DNA of 64,000 bases, taken from NCBI RefSeq assembly GCF_030144855.1, contig NC_082715.1, positions 112,530,001 through 112,594,000 of the forward strand, written 5' to 3'. Under the pieces are notes generated by a model. The model did no database searches. It saw only the letters and a list, made by a program, of their open reading frames with translations, and was not told the DNA's origin. A program made the position numbers and the translations under genes. Numbering within the stretch: the stretch's first letter is position 1; every line of letters begins with the position of its first letter. This stretch comes from Hypanus sabinus (lineage: Eukaryota). This document shows positions 25,801-37,719 of this stretch, in pieces.

Positions 25801-28800
25801 TCCCCGTGAATGTAAAATTGAGTTTCATCTCTCAACAGCTGTCGTTCAATTGGGTAAGTCAGCAGAAGATTATACTTGGATTGGATTTCAATCCGCTTAT
25901 TATATATAGTTGGATCTGGAGATGGGGCATGTTTTCGACCAAGATCTTTTAATATCGCTGCTAGGTCAGACCTTTCTTTGTCAGCTTTTTTCTTTATATA
26001 GGTAGAGTAAGAGATAATTTCTCCATGAATATATGCTTTAAAAGTATCCCAGACTATAGTACCAGCAGTATCTCCTTTTTAAAATTTTCTTTAAAGATAA
26101 AAGTAATATGGTTTTCTAAAAACTTTAGAAAATTTTTATCAGATAAAAATGATAAGTTAAAACGCCAACTTCTAGTTGGTACAGAGTAAACAGGTAATCT
26201 TAAAGCCAGAAGCACAGGTGCATGATCAGACAAAGCAATCTCCTTATAATCACAGGATCGAACCAGTGGAAACAAGTTTCTATCTATAAAAAAGTAGTCA
26301 ATCCGAGAGTACAGATGATGAACCTGAGAGAAATATGAATATTCCTTTTCTTGGGGGTGTAAAAAAAACGCCATACGTCGAGAATACCACATTGAAATAG
26401 AATAGATTTAAAAAGTAGGACTCATTTATTAGTGACAGGGGTTTTACTTGAAGAGCGATCTAATATAGGGGTCAAGCCAAAAATTAAATCTCTACCCATC
26501 ACTGAGGAATACCAATTCAAATCAGGCAGAAAAGAAAAAAGATGTTCAAAGAACAAGGAGTCATCTGTATTTGGAGCATATACATACGCAAATACGATTA
26601 GTTTATTCTCAAGACTACCCGAAACAATAACAAAATGCCCATTTGTATCAGAAATTACATTATGTTGAATAAAGGATACATTCTGATCAAACAGGATAGG
26701 GACGCCTCTCGATCTAGATTGAGAGGGTGAGTGAAAATGTATACCCTTCCATCCTTTGAAAAAGCGTGAAATAACATCTTTACGAATATAGGTTTCTTGG
26801 AGAAAGATTATACGAGTTTTAATTTTCCTGATATAAGAAAAAATCTTAATTCGTTTAACAGGGTTATTTAGACCTTTCACATTAAAGCTGAGTATATTAA
26901 TAAAAGAATCCATCAAGTATCCTTTAGAAATGTATAAAAAGTAATCACAGACATGTAGATAGTGAATAATTAAACAGTAAAAATCTCCAATCAGCTTTCT
27001 GGAAGAACCCATTTCCTTCCCTCCCCCCAAAGAGAGAAATCAGCCAAGGGAGGCTGAAGACTAATTCTAACGTTCCCAACCCAAAACTCTGGTGGCTCCA
27101 AAAATATATATATGTATAGCTGTGCTGAATAAACGATTGGAAGTAAGTAAGTAAGTACAAAAACAAAATATCAAAGTAAATAAGTTCGCTATTTACGAGA
27201 AAAAACCATGGGAAAATACAAGTATTAGTCTCGGTAAAAAGGAAAGACAAATAAGGAAAATCAATAAGTAAAACAACATGTGGGTGCAAAGAAAAGGAGT
27301 AAAGAAACAAATAGAAAATAATTAGAAAGGGAAGCGGTTTAGATAGCTTCCTACATGACTAATTCAAGGGGGAAAAAAACAAAATGGCAAAATAATGAAA
27401 AAACCAAAAGCCAGCAATAAGAAATATAGAATATTGTATACTATTGAAAAACAGTAAAAGACCAAAAGGTGTATAAATAATCAAAAGATAGAAAAAATCT
27501 GAATGAATTTAAAGTAAAGCAAAACACCCTATAATTTCATTTCTCAGTAATTACTACATGTACACCCTACATAATTACTTCCAGTCAAATTACTAAAAGG
27601 AAGGTAAAAATCAACATAACACTGAGACAATATAACATTTTGTTTAAAAAGAGCTGCGAGAAAGTAACATTCGAGGACCCATATAAAGGCGGAAAACAGC
27701 GAAAGAGAAAATAGATGCAGTCTGACTGCATGTTTTGCATAGTTAACAAGATAACAAGTTAACAAAGATAACAAGGTGCCAGTTACTTAATCAAACAAGT
27801 GATTAAGACTTCGTAAAACCAAGAAACCTTGTTAACAACAAAGTGCCAGTTACTCGATTGAACACCTGAAATTAAAACATTTAGCATAAAGCAACTCAAG
27901 GTTGAATTTAAGAATGGAGACTATGTACAAATTTCTTAGCTTCTTCAGGCTTTGTAAACCAAGAAACCTTGTTATCAGAAGTAGTAACCTTGAGTTTACA
28001 CGGATCTCTGAGATAAAGGTGACAGCCAAGCTTAAAAAGGTCAGGCTCTTTAAAAGCCTGTCTAGCTCTTAAAACTTCCGATGGATAATCTTGAACGATC
28101 CGAAACTGTTGATCACGAAATTGTAATATGCGTTTCTTCCTTGATTCACGAAGGATCTGTTCTTTAATCTGATCGTCATAAAAGCGAATGATAATAGAAC
28201 GAGGTTTGGCAGGATCCCAATTAGGCGGGGTAACTTGGTGAACGCACTCAAATTTTGGTAGTTCCGATAATATATCAGGGAATAAATCTTTCAACATTTG
28301 AGTACAAAAATCGATAGGTTGATAACCCTCTAGTTTTTCAGGAAGCCCACAAGTTTTGATATTGCACCTTTGATTCCTGGTCTCCAAATCTGTCAGTTTC
28401 TTCAGTAACACGTCGTATTTTTTAAAGTTGTTCCCTAGAAATTTTCTTGAAACCTTCGATATCCTTCTGCAACTTCGGCAGAGATTCTTTGTGTAACTTA
28501 ATATGAATTTCATGGTCATTCACAGTCTGCTGTATACTTCCAAGTTTCTGATTAAGCGTTTTCAGTTCAGATTTAACCAGGTCGAAGGTATTCTGTAACA
28601 AGTCAAACTTGGATTCCAAGTCATCCAGTTTATCCAATTTTTCGCGTCTCTCTGACATTTGTTGAGACATTTCAGCCAAAGTCTCTAAAGTAACCTCTTT
28701 TCTAGAGTGTTTTCTACTCATGGTGCTCTCACTGAGATAGGTTTAAACAGCAAAGTAAACAAATAATTTTGGAGCACGGAGCTACTGCAACCTACTCCAT

Positions 28801-28820
28801 TACAGCCACCGGAAGTCGTC
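22845..28820 (-). mobile_element. Full-length decayed L1-clade LINE in POLR1C intron 8
   Basis: ORF1 28721-27908 (coiled coil then RRM-like, one frameshift); ORF2 from ATG 26913 (APE motifs SFNVKG, FLQET, YAPN, SRIDY, SDH; RT motifs [28 protein letters not shown]) to 23165, several frameshifts; TSD TATTATCCCTTT at 22833-22844 and 28821-28832. Confidence 0.95.
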
Positions 28821-29910
28821 TATTATCCCTTTCAACCCAATCTCCTGCCTTTTTCCTGTAACCTTTGACGCCCTGATTAATCAAAACCCTGTGAGTATAC
28901 CCAATGACTTGCCCTGCACAGCCATCTGTGACAATGAATTCCATAGATTCACCACTCTCTGGCTAAAGAAATGTTTTTCCTCATCCCCGTTCTTAATGGA
29001 TGTCCCTCAACTCTTGAGGCTGTGCCCTCCGGTCCTAGATTCCTCCACTATTGGAAACATCCTCTCCACATCCACACTATCTAGTCCTTTCAGTGTTCAA
29101 TAGATTTTAATGAGATTCTTTCTCCCGGCCCCCCCCCCCCCCCCCAATTCTTCTAAACTCCAGTGAGTACAGGCCCAGAGTCATCAAATGTTCCTTGTAT
29201 GTTAACCTTTTTATTTTTGGGATCATTCTCATGAATTGCCTATGAACCCTCTTTAGTGCCATCACATCTTTTAGATAAAGGGCACGAAACTGCTCACAAT
29301 TCTCCTAATTGTAGTTTGATCAATGCCTTATGTAATGCCTCAGCATTACATCCTTGGTTTTCTATTCTAGTTCTCTTGAAATAAATACTAACATTGCATT
29401 TGTCTTCCTTGCCACTGACTCAACCTGCAAGTTAATCTTTAGGGAATCCTGCACGAAGCCTTCCAAGTCCCTTTGCACCTTTGAGTTTTGAATTTTCTCC
29501 CCATTTAGAAAATAGTCCTTTATTCCTTCTGTCAAAGTGCATGACCATGCACCTTTCTACACTATGTTCCACTTCTTTGCCCATTCTCCCAATTTGTCCT
29601 AGTCCTTTTGCAGACACCCTGCTTTCTCAACACTACCTGTCTTTGTATTGTTTGCAAACTTGGCCACAAAGCCATCAATTTAATCATTCAGATCATTAAC
29701 ATATAATGTGAAAAGAAATGGTTCCTTAACTGACCCACTAGTTTCTGGCAGCCAACCAGAAAAGGCACCTTTTATTCCCACTCTGCCTCCTGCCAGTCAG
29801 CCAATCTTCTATCCATGCTCATATCATTCCTGTGATACCATGGGCTCTTATCCTACTAAGCAACCTCGTATGCAGCACCTTATCAGAGGCCTTCTGAAAA
29901 TCTAAGTAAC
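28821..29910 (-). mobile_element. CR1-type LINE hosting the L1; its 3' end continues at 22761-22844
   Basis: Joining across the TSD restores ggctgatttattatccctttcaacc, as in the uninterrupted copy at ~32320-32345. Confidence 0.85.
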
Positions 29911-31164
29911 CAACAGTGCACTAGGTCAAGCCTTGAGTATTTATCCACCCTAATGCACGTTTAAGCCTTCAGTACTGCAAAATAATCGCTGGGAACCAGG
30001 TGGTGGAATGTTTGAAGCACCAGTTTAGGTAAGGATTCTATTTGAATAAGCAGGACCTGTATCACATGTATGGTGTCGTTTTGTACCTTTTCTATGGTGG
30101 CTGAAATATTAATCACAGCACTCTGCAACTCTGCCATGTCTAGATAAGGTAAATGGGCTCAGATGAACTGGTGACACCCAGTGTTTCATAAGGATTCTCT
30201 ACCTCCTGCTTACGGTGACCCTTCTTGGGGTAATAATTGTGATGAGCATGTGCATAAATTTTTACCTAGTCAACTTCAGGATCAGTTATTCCTGTAGTAC
30301 ATGTACCTGCTCAATCCTAGAGTAGGATTTTATAGACACTGTTACTACAAATCCAGAATTATCTAGGGCTAATGTGTTGGAGGTACCAGTCAGTGTAGTT
30401 CTGGCTGAACCTCATCCAGAGGGAAGAGTTTAGAGGAGGCAGGTGAGGTAACGGATACATATCCAACATTTTGTGTTAATGGTTTGGGAGGTTTCATCCT
30501 GCATTTGCAATACTGCTGAATTATCCTACCTTATATTAACAATTACACAGCATGTTGCAGACTCTCAGGTATTACTTCCTTCACCCTTGTTGCTGTCTCC
30601 TCAATTTGTCCCTATAGCCCACTCAGAAACGGTCACCTCCACTGGCACCCTTTGTTAGATATATTCTTCTACAACTGCAACTGGCTGCCTCGGGTATGCA
30701 GAACAGGGACATGCCTGAACTCCCTCCCCATAGTGTAGACAACCAGAGCTGGACTGAAGCCCAGTCCATAGTGCAGACAACTGGATTGGTGCTGGGCAGT
30801 CCAATCTCTAGACAACTGTTGGTCTGTGCTCACTGGCTATTGTCCACAACTCCTATCCTGTCCAAACCATCTCCAATGCTAGAAGACTGTAAAATAAACA
30901 AAATGCTGGAAACGCCTAACAAGTTGGGTAGAATCTGTAGAGAAAGATGCAGCTAGTTTTGGATCAGAGATCTTGGTCATCAGGACAAATTGCATTTTAA
31001 CTATCAAGTAGTAACATTTTGCAAGGTGTTTTGCAAGATTATTATTCCATCAGTAGTCATAAGGGACAGAAAATTACGGACACATTCTATTTGAGCAGTA
31101 TCTGGGAGAAAGAGCAGTAATATCTAAGGTAGAAAGAGGCATGAGCCTGCAGGTACTGGAAGTG

Positions 31165-31266
31165 AGAGAAAAAACAAGCTGCTGGAAGAACACAGCAGGT
31201 TAGACAGCCTCTGAAGAGGGAAATGGACAGTTGATGTTTCAAGTCAAAATCCTTCATCTGGACTAG
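31165..31266 (-). repeat. Half-hairpin Penelope-derived repeat with hammerhead relic
   Basis: Minus strand reads CAGATGAAGGATTTTGACTTGAAACATC. Confidence 0.6.
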
Positions 31267-31820
31267 ATATTTAAGGTAGAAGATTTTTAGACAGAGCTGA
31301 GAGAGTAGTTTGTAAACGTCATCCAAGATTGTTGGACGATCACTTCAGCTTATCCCTTGGCTTTATCTCATCACAAACATTCCCTTTGTCCTGCCCATTC
31401 TTTCCTGCACCTAATCTTTAACCTGTAATCTTAACTTTATTTCAACATATTGTGTTTTTAATTTCAGAATTCTGACATTTACACTTTTTATTTTGATTTT
31501 CCTATATGGGAGACACTGGGCTATGTATCCAAAAACTTGGTGACTAAAAGTTTTATAGAATGCCTGATGAGACAGGGAATTTGATTGATTGTATAGTTGA
31601 ATATTGTCCATTAGATAAAGGAGTTCTGTAATGGTGTCTTTCTCATGTATCTGTTGTGTTTATTCATAGAGAATGTGCAAGGTTCTAGAAAGATTTTGGC
31701 AAGCTTGATCCTTTGGCAATGAGTGACGAGTTATCCTATGAAAAACAGTAATTGTCCTGGGGGGGGTGGTTTCCCAAGATTTTGTGTGCTGCTATCCACT
31801 AAGCCTCTGTACCTTTAAAG

Positions 31821-31939
31821 TTTCAGTGGAATCAACGGGAATTCTTCCACCAGAAGTGCTTGTGTCTGAAGCCTTGAAAGTCCTGATAACAAAGTGTAGA
31901 AGATTTTTGAATGAACTGGACACGGTACAAATGGACTGA
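31821..31939 (+). CDS. POLR1C: POLR1C last coding exon 9 ([22 protein letters not shown]...ELDTVQMD*)
   Basis: FSVESTG motif and C-terminal QMD-stop (TGA 31937-31939); total CDS 1044 nt = 347 aa + stop. Confidence 0.96.
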
Positions 31940-32164
31940 GCTTGGTGTGGTTGGGCTGGTTCAACTCGGTCTGAGCTGTGCTTGGACCTGATGGCAGTGA
32001 GAATAGTGGCCTCTTCTGAGTACCAATTCTACCTGAAATGAGCATCATTGACTTGGTTCAACAATGACCTCTGTCCCACGTAATAGTGGGTTAATACATA
32101 TAAAGCTGAATGTCAGGGACAATGGCAAGGATAACAGATATAATGAACTATCAGTTCAATCATA

Positions 32165-32170
32165 AATAAA
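32165..32170 (+). terminator. Candidate POLR1C polyadenylation signal AATAAA
   Basis: First AATAAA about 225 nt after the stop, just before repeat-derived sequence begins. Confidence 0.6.
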
Positions 32171-32754
32171 ATGAAGTGGAGTCAATCAGCAGCACCTGCA
32201 AGAGAAGATCCAACTTTCAGGTTGATGACCTTTCTTCAGATCTGATTTTTTTATATATTGTAATTTGTGTTTGTAAATATGTTGCACTATTAAAGAAGTT
32301 TGCTCTGCTATTACAGCATGGCTGATTTATTATCCCTCTCAACTTCATTCTCCTGCGTCTCTCTGTACCTTTGATGCCTTGATTTCTCAAGAACCTATCA
32401 ACCACTGCCTTAAATAAACCCAATGACATCGCCTGCACAGCCCTCTGTGGCAATGAATTCCATAGATACACCGCCCTCTGGCTAAAGAAGTCTTCTTCAT
32501 TGCCTTTCTAAATGGATGTCCCTCAGTTCGGAGGCTGTGCCCTCTGATCCTTGACTCTCCCATTATAGGAAACATCCTCTCCATATCCACTCTGTCTACC
32601 CTTTTCAACATTTGATGGGTTTTAATGAGATCCTCCCCTCGTTCTTCTCAACTTCAAGTACAGGTTTAGAGCCTTCAAGTGCCTTTCACTCCTGATCATT
32701 CTGGTTAACCTCCTGGATCCTCTCCAATGCCAGCACACCTTTTAGATGAGGGTT

Positions 32755-34322
32755 CAGCATTCAACACCATAATTCCTTCCAGGCTTGACAAGAAACTCGA
32801 GATCTCTGCCTTCACCCTGCCTTGTGTATCTGGATCCTGAACTTCCTGTCAGGTTGCTGGTAGGTGGTAAGAGTGGGGTCCCTCACCTCTGACCCTCAAC
32901 ACAGGTGCCCCTCAGGGCTGTGTACTAAGCCCCCTCCTTTACTCTCTATATCCATGACTGTGTCACCACCCACAGTTCAATTTGCTGACAACACTACACT
33001 GGCCTAATCTCTGACTGGGAGACCATTTTGCTGAACACCTACGCTCTGTCTGCCAGAGAAAGTAGGACCTCCCAGTGGCCACACATTTTAATTCCACGTC
33101 CCATTCTGATATGTCAATCCATGGCCTTCTCTACTGTCAAGATGAAGCCACAGTCCGGTTGGAGGAACAACATCTGAAATTCATTCTGTCTGGGTAGCCG
33201 CCAACTTAATAGCATGAACATTGATTACTGTAACTTCTGTTAATCCCTTTCCTATCCCATCCCTTATTTATTATCCCCCACTTTTGTGAGCTCTCTGCCC
33301 CTCACAATCACTCCTTGCCTGCTCTCCATCTTCCTCTGGTGTTCCCCTCCCCCTTTCTCCCTAGCCCTCCCGTCCCATGATCCTCTCCCTTCTCCAGGCT
33401 GTGTATCCCTTTTGCCAATCAACTTTCCAGCTCTTAGCTTTATCCCTACCCCTCCTGTCTTCTATCATTTTGGATTTTCCCCTCCCCCTCCCACTTTTGT
33501 ACCTCTTACTATCTTTTCTTTCAGTTAGTCCTGACAAAGTGTCATGGCCCTGAATGTCAACTGTATTTCTTCCTATAGATGCTGCCACCAGCATTTTGTG
33601 TGTGTTGCTCAAAGAGGCAGCTTACAGAGAGGAAGTCATCACCCTGACATGGTGTCAAGAAAACAACTCCGTTAACAGTGGAGCTGGTTGTGGATTACAG
33701 GAGGAATGGAGACAGGCTAAACCCTGTTGGCATCAATGGATCTGGGGTTGAGAGGGAGAACAGCTTTAAATTCCTTGGCATAAACATCACAGAGGATCTT
33801 GTGTCTGTACATACTGGCTGTGTGGTGAAAAAGGCAACACAGTACCTCATTTACCTCAGACAGTTGAAGTTTGATATGGCCCCCAAGCTCTAAGAACTTT
33901 CTATAGGGGCATGATTGAAAGTATCCTGACTGGCTGCATCACTGCCTGGCATGGGAACTGTACTTCCCTCAATCACAGGGCTCTGCAAATGTGTACTTCC
34001 CATTATTCAGGACATTTACAAAGACAGGTGTGTAAAAAGGGCACAAAGGATCATTGGGGACCCAAGTCACCCCAACCACAAACTATTCCAGCTGCTACCA
34101 TGTGGGAAATGGTACTGCAGCATAAAAGCCAAGAGCAACAGGCTCCGGGACAGCTTTTTCCACCAAGCAATCAGACTGCTTATTTCATGCTGATGCAACT
34201 GTATTTCTATGTTATATTGACTATCCTGTTGTACATAATATTTATTATAAATTACTATAATTGCAGAGATGTAATGTAAAGATTTTTACTCATTCATTTG
34301 AAGAATGTAAGTAATAAAGTCA
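32755..34322 (+). mobile_element. Rex/Babar-type LINE fragment interrupted by Penelope
   Basis: SAFNTI.P, TGAPQGCVLSP, FADN, FKFLGINITEDL, IESILTGCITAW, HPNHKLFQLLP. Confidence 0.82.
33012..33610 (+). mobile_element. Penelope-like element 3' fragment nested in a Rex/Babar LINE
   Basis: Translates LGDHFAEHLRSV...LPVATHFN...LEEQHL...MNID; pyrimidine-rich UTR; degenerate hammerhead-like 33531-33560; end shared with the hairpin family. Confidence 0.82.
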
Positions 34323-35559
34323 AAACTGCTCTCAATACTCCTGAGTGTGGATTGACTAGTGCCTTATAAAGCCTCAGCATTACATCCTTGCTTTGGTATT
34401 CTAGTCCTCTTGAAATGAATGCTAACATTGCAGTTGCCTTTCTTACCACTGACTTAACCTGCAAATTAAGCAAGAGGGAATCCTGCTTGAGGGCTTCCAC
34501 ATCCTCTTCTACACCTTTTGATTTTTGAATTTTCTCCCCATTCAATAACAATAAAGGCAATTGTTAATGCCTTTATTTCATATTATACAATATTCCATCT
34601 GCCACTTCTTTGCCCGATCCCTCACTCTCTCTTAAGTCCTGCAGATACCCGCTTCCTCAACATTGCCGGTCGCTCTACCTATCTTTATATCATCCCAGCT
34701 CCCAACTCCAGATACTTCTGTATGGAGTAATCTGTCTGGATACCATGGAAAAACAAAAGCTTTCCACACGTATGACAATAATAAATCAATTACATATTAG
34801 CATTGATTTTCCACAATATTGTTTGCTTTCCAGAATCATAGAACTTAAATAGTTTGCACGTTAAATCTTTATAAAATATTTATTCTTGGATTGTTAGCAG
34901 TGCTGGCAACTAATACTTATCACTAATTGTCCCGGAGAGGGAGCTACTGAGGTAAAACACTGAACTGTTTGTGTGGTGAGGATGTGCACAGTGTAGGGAG
35001 TTCCAGGATTTAGACACATCGATGATGAAAGATAAGTAATTTATTTCCAAGGCAGTATAGGGGTGTAACTTCGTTGGAAACCAGTGGGTGCTTTCTGCCC
35101 TTCTCCCAGCTAGCAGGGGTTAGGGATTATAACCTCTGATGGGTAACTACAATGCATTTTAAAGATGTTACATATTGAAGGCAGTGTGGAGGGACGAATT
35201 AATTATAAATATTAACTATTTCACTAAGGTTTACTGTTAAACAATGGTTCCAGAAGTTATAGTTACTGTTTTGCTCAGTCTCACTGAGTAAATTTCAGCG
35301 CTCCTGGGGATTTGAGGAATCTGCTTTTCACTCTTCCTTTATGTCTGTCCCTCATTCTCAGACACCCCTTCCCATAGTTAGCCCCTTTTCAGTCCCCTCT
35401 CTTCTATTCTAAGCCTTCTGTTCACCATACCCCCATCCCCTCCTCTGCATTCTCAGCCGCTCCCTGTCCTCTCCTCAACGTCCCCAGCCCTGCCAGTTCT
35501 CTTGGCCCACTCGACCTTCCCCACCACCAGTCCCTTTTCGGCCTCCTTCCCTATTTTTA

Positions 35560-35693
35560 CTTTCCCTTATCCCCTCCACACATTCACTCCCTACTCCCCA
35601 GCTCACCCCACTCCCCCCTTGCCCGAGCCCGGCTCCGCTGCTGACGTGTCGCGGCGGTCAGTGCGCTTGCGCCGTCATCCAGCGCCGCGCAAC
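35560..35693 (+). promoter_or_regulatory. MIA3 proximal promoter / small CpG island
   Basis: Pyrimidine-rich tract then CpG-rich segment with TGACGTG (35642-35648) and CGTCA just upstream of ATG 35694. Confidence 0.65.
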
Positions 35694-35805
35694 ATGGCTG
35701 CAGTGCTGAAGGGGATGTGTCTATGGGCGCTGCTTGTCGCTGCCGTCAGCTCTGGGCAGAAGCTTTTGTCCGACTTCAAACGCTGCCTGGACGAAGAATG
35801 CAGCA
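35694..35805 (+). CDS. MIA3: MIA3/TANGO1 exon 1: signal peptide and start of MIA-type SH3 domain (MAAVLKGMCLWALLVAAVSSGQKLLSDFKRCLDEECS)
   Basis: Good Kozak aacATGG, hydrophobic signal peptide, K.C.D.EC motif, phase-1 donor |gtaagt. Confidence 0.9.
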
Positions 35806-36619
35806 GTAAGTAACCTGTTCTGTAAACAGCCGAGCCCGTAGGTTCTGTTTTAATGAATTAATAAGTCATGAACAGAAAAGATGTCCTAGGCTCCAACTGC
35901 TGACCTGTTGGCAGCTGCAGGACACCCAAAGCATCAGTCTGAACTTTATATGCTGCCTGGATGTTTTGTGAATAACGAGGTCGGCGGGCTCCAAACTCTT
36001 CAAACCACGGGAGCTAACTTTGGATACATTTTATCACCTCATTGAAAGCATATCAGAGGTCTAAATTACTTATAATTGTTGTAATCTAAACATAATTAGT
36101 TATCATATCTAAAATATCATCTCTTTCTCCAGATTATTGCTTTGCAAAGATAATGATGCATTTGTTGTTGACGGGGTGTTCTAACTTTAACCATACATGC
36201 AGTTCCAAATCTGGGTTCATCTGGGTAGACTCAGGAATTTTAATTGATTAATTCATTGACAGCGCCACCCACATCCTGTTCATGTCCGTATGTGCTGCCA
36301 GCCCAAACTACCATTTGGAAGTAGGGTGGTGTATTTTCCTCACGTAGGAGGATCAGACAACCAGTTAGAATTTTGTGATTCTGTAGTTTGCTGCTGGTGG
36401 TTCATTTCAGGTTTATTTAATTCGTCAGCTGTTAGGAGTGGGATTTGAGTTTGCGTTTATAAGCGCAAACCACTGGACACCAATCAGATGATTTAACTGT
36501 TGCACTGCTGGTCAAATAAATGAGCAAATTTCCATTCCATAACGTGAGGAAGTGCCGAGACTTCCCAATGCACTTTTTATTTTTGTTGCCAGTGGTACAA
36601 GTTGTGGTTCGGTGTGCAA

Positions 36620-37705
36620 TACTCTCAAGCTCAAGTTTATTGTCACCTGACTCTGTGTATTTGTTTATATATAATACAACCTAAAAGAAACACAGTTCCT
36701 CTAGACCATGGTGCATCCACAAAATGTATATCATACACAGCACATAAAACAAGGTGTTACCACAAATAAGTTAAATATAATTCAAGTTGCAAGTAGTGTT
36801 TTGTACAAGTAGGCAGTACAATAAAAGGCTCACTGTCAGAGTGATGAGATCGTGCTGGAGGTGGGATATTCATTAGCCTCATAGCTTGAGGGAAGAAGCT
36901 GTTAGCCAGACTGGCAGACTTGGTCCTGATGCACCTGTACCTTTTTCCTGACATTAGTGGGTCAAAGAGAGTGTTGGTGGGGATTCTTATAATGCTTTGG
37001 GCCCTTCACATATAATGCTTCCCATAAATGTGACAAATAGTGGGGAGGGAGACCCTGGTGATCCTCTTGACAGTTTTTACTATCTTCTGTAGGGTTTTGT
37101 GTTCCGATGCCTTGCAGCTTCTGTACCACACAATGCAGTTGGACAGGCCACTCTCAATGGTGCTGCAGAAAGTTGTTAGAATGGGGGCAGGGAGCCTTGC
37201 ATGCCTCAGTCTCCTCTGAAGGTGTAGACGTTGCTGAGCCTTCTTGACAATTGAGGAGGTGTATGTCCAGGTTAGACTCCATAATGTGCACACTAAGGAA
37301 TTATGTGCCCTTCACTCTCTGTGGCAGAGCCATTGATGTGCAATGGAGTATGGTTGACCTGTGCCTTCCTGATGTCCACAGTCAACTCTTTTGTGTACAT
37401 TGAGTCTCAGATTGTTGTTCTCACACCACTTGACAAGCCTCTCTGGAGGCTGATGAGGCCAGCCACTGTTGTATCATCAGTGAACTTGACGTTGTTTCAG
37501 TTGGACCTGGCATTGCAGTTGTGAATCAGCAGCAGGCTGTGTGCATGGCCCTTGGGGAGCACCAGTGCTCAGTATGATGGAGCTGGTGATGTTGCTGCCA
37601 ATTGGGGTCTTTTGTCACAATGTCCAAGAACCAATTACAGAGAGGGGTGAGTCCCATTGAGGACAGTTCACCCACCAACCTCTGAAAGATGATCATGCAC
37701 TCTCC
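36620..37705 (-). mobile_element. Rex/Babar-type LINE fragment
   Basis: VKKAQQRLH.LRRL, TIESGL, SFFPQAMRL; (CTTGAG)-type tail at the left end. Confidence 0.78.
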
Positions 37706-37719
37706 CTCCCCTCTCAATC

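Noticed and set aside
30236-30410. GTGATGA C-box-like motif suggesting an intronic snoRNA
   Set aside because: No suitably spaced CTGA D box or terminal stem
35502-35693. N-terminal extension of MIA3 in the ORF track
   Set aside because: Starts at a non-ATG codon in the pyrimidine-rich promoter; ATG 35694 has Kozak context and directly precedes the signal peptide
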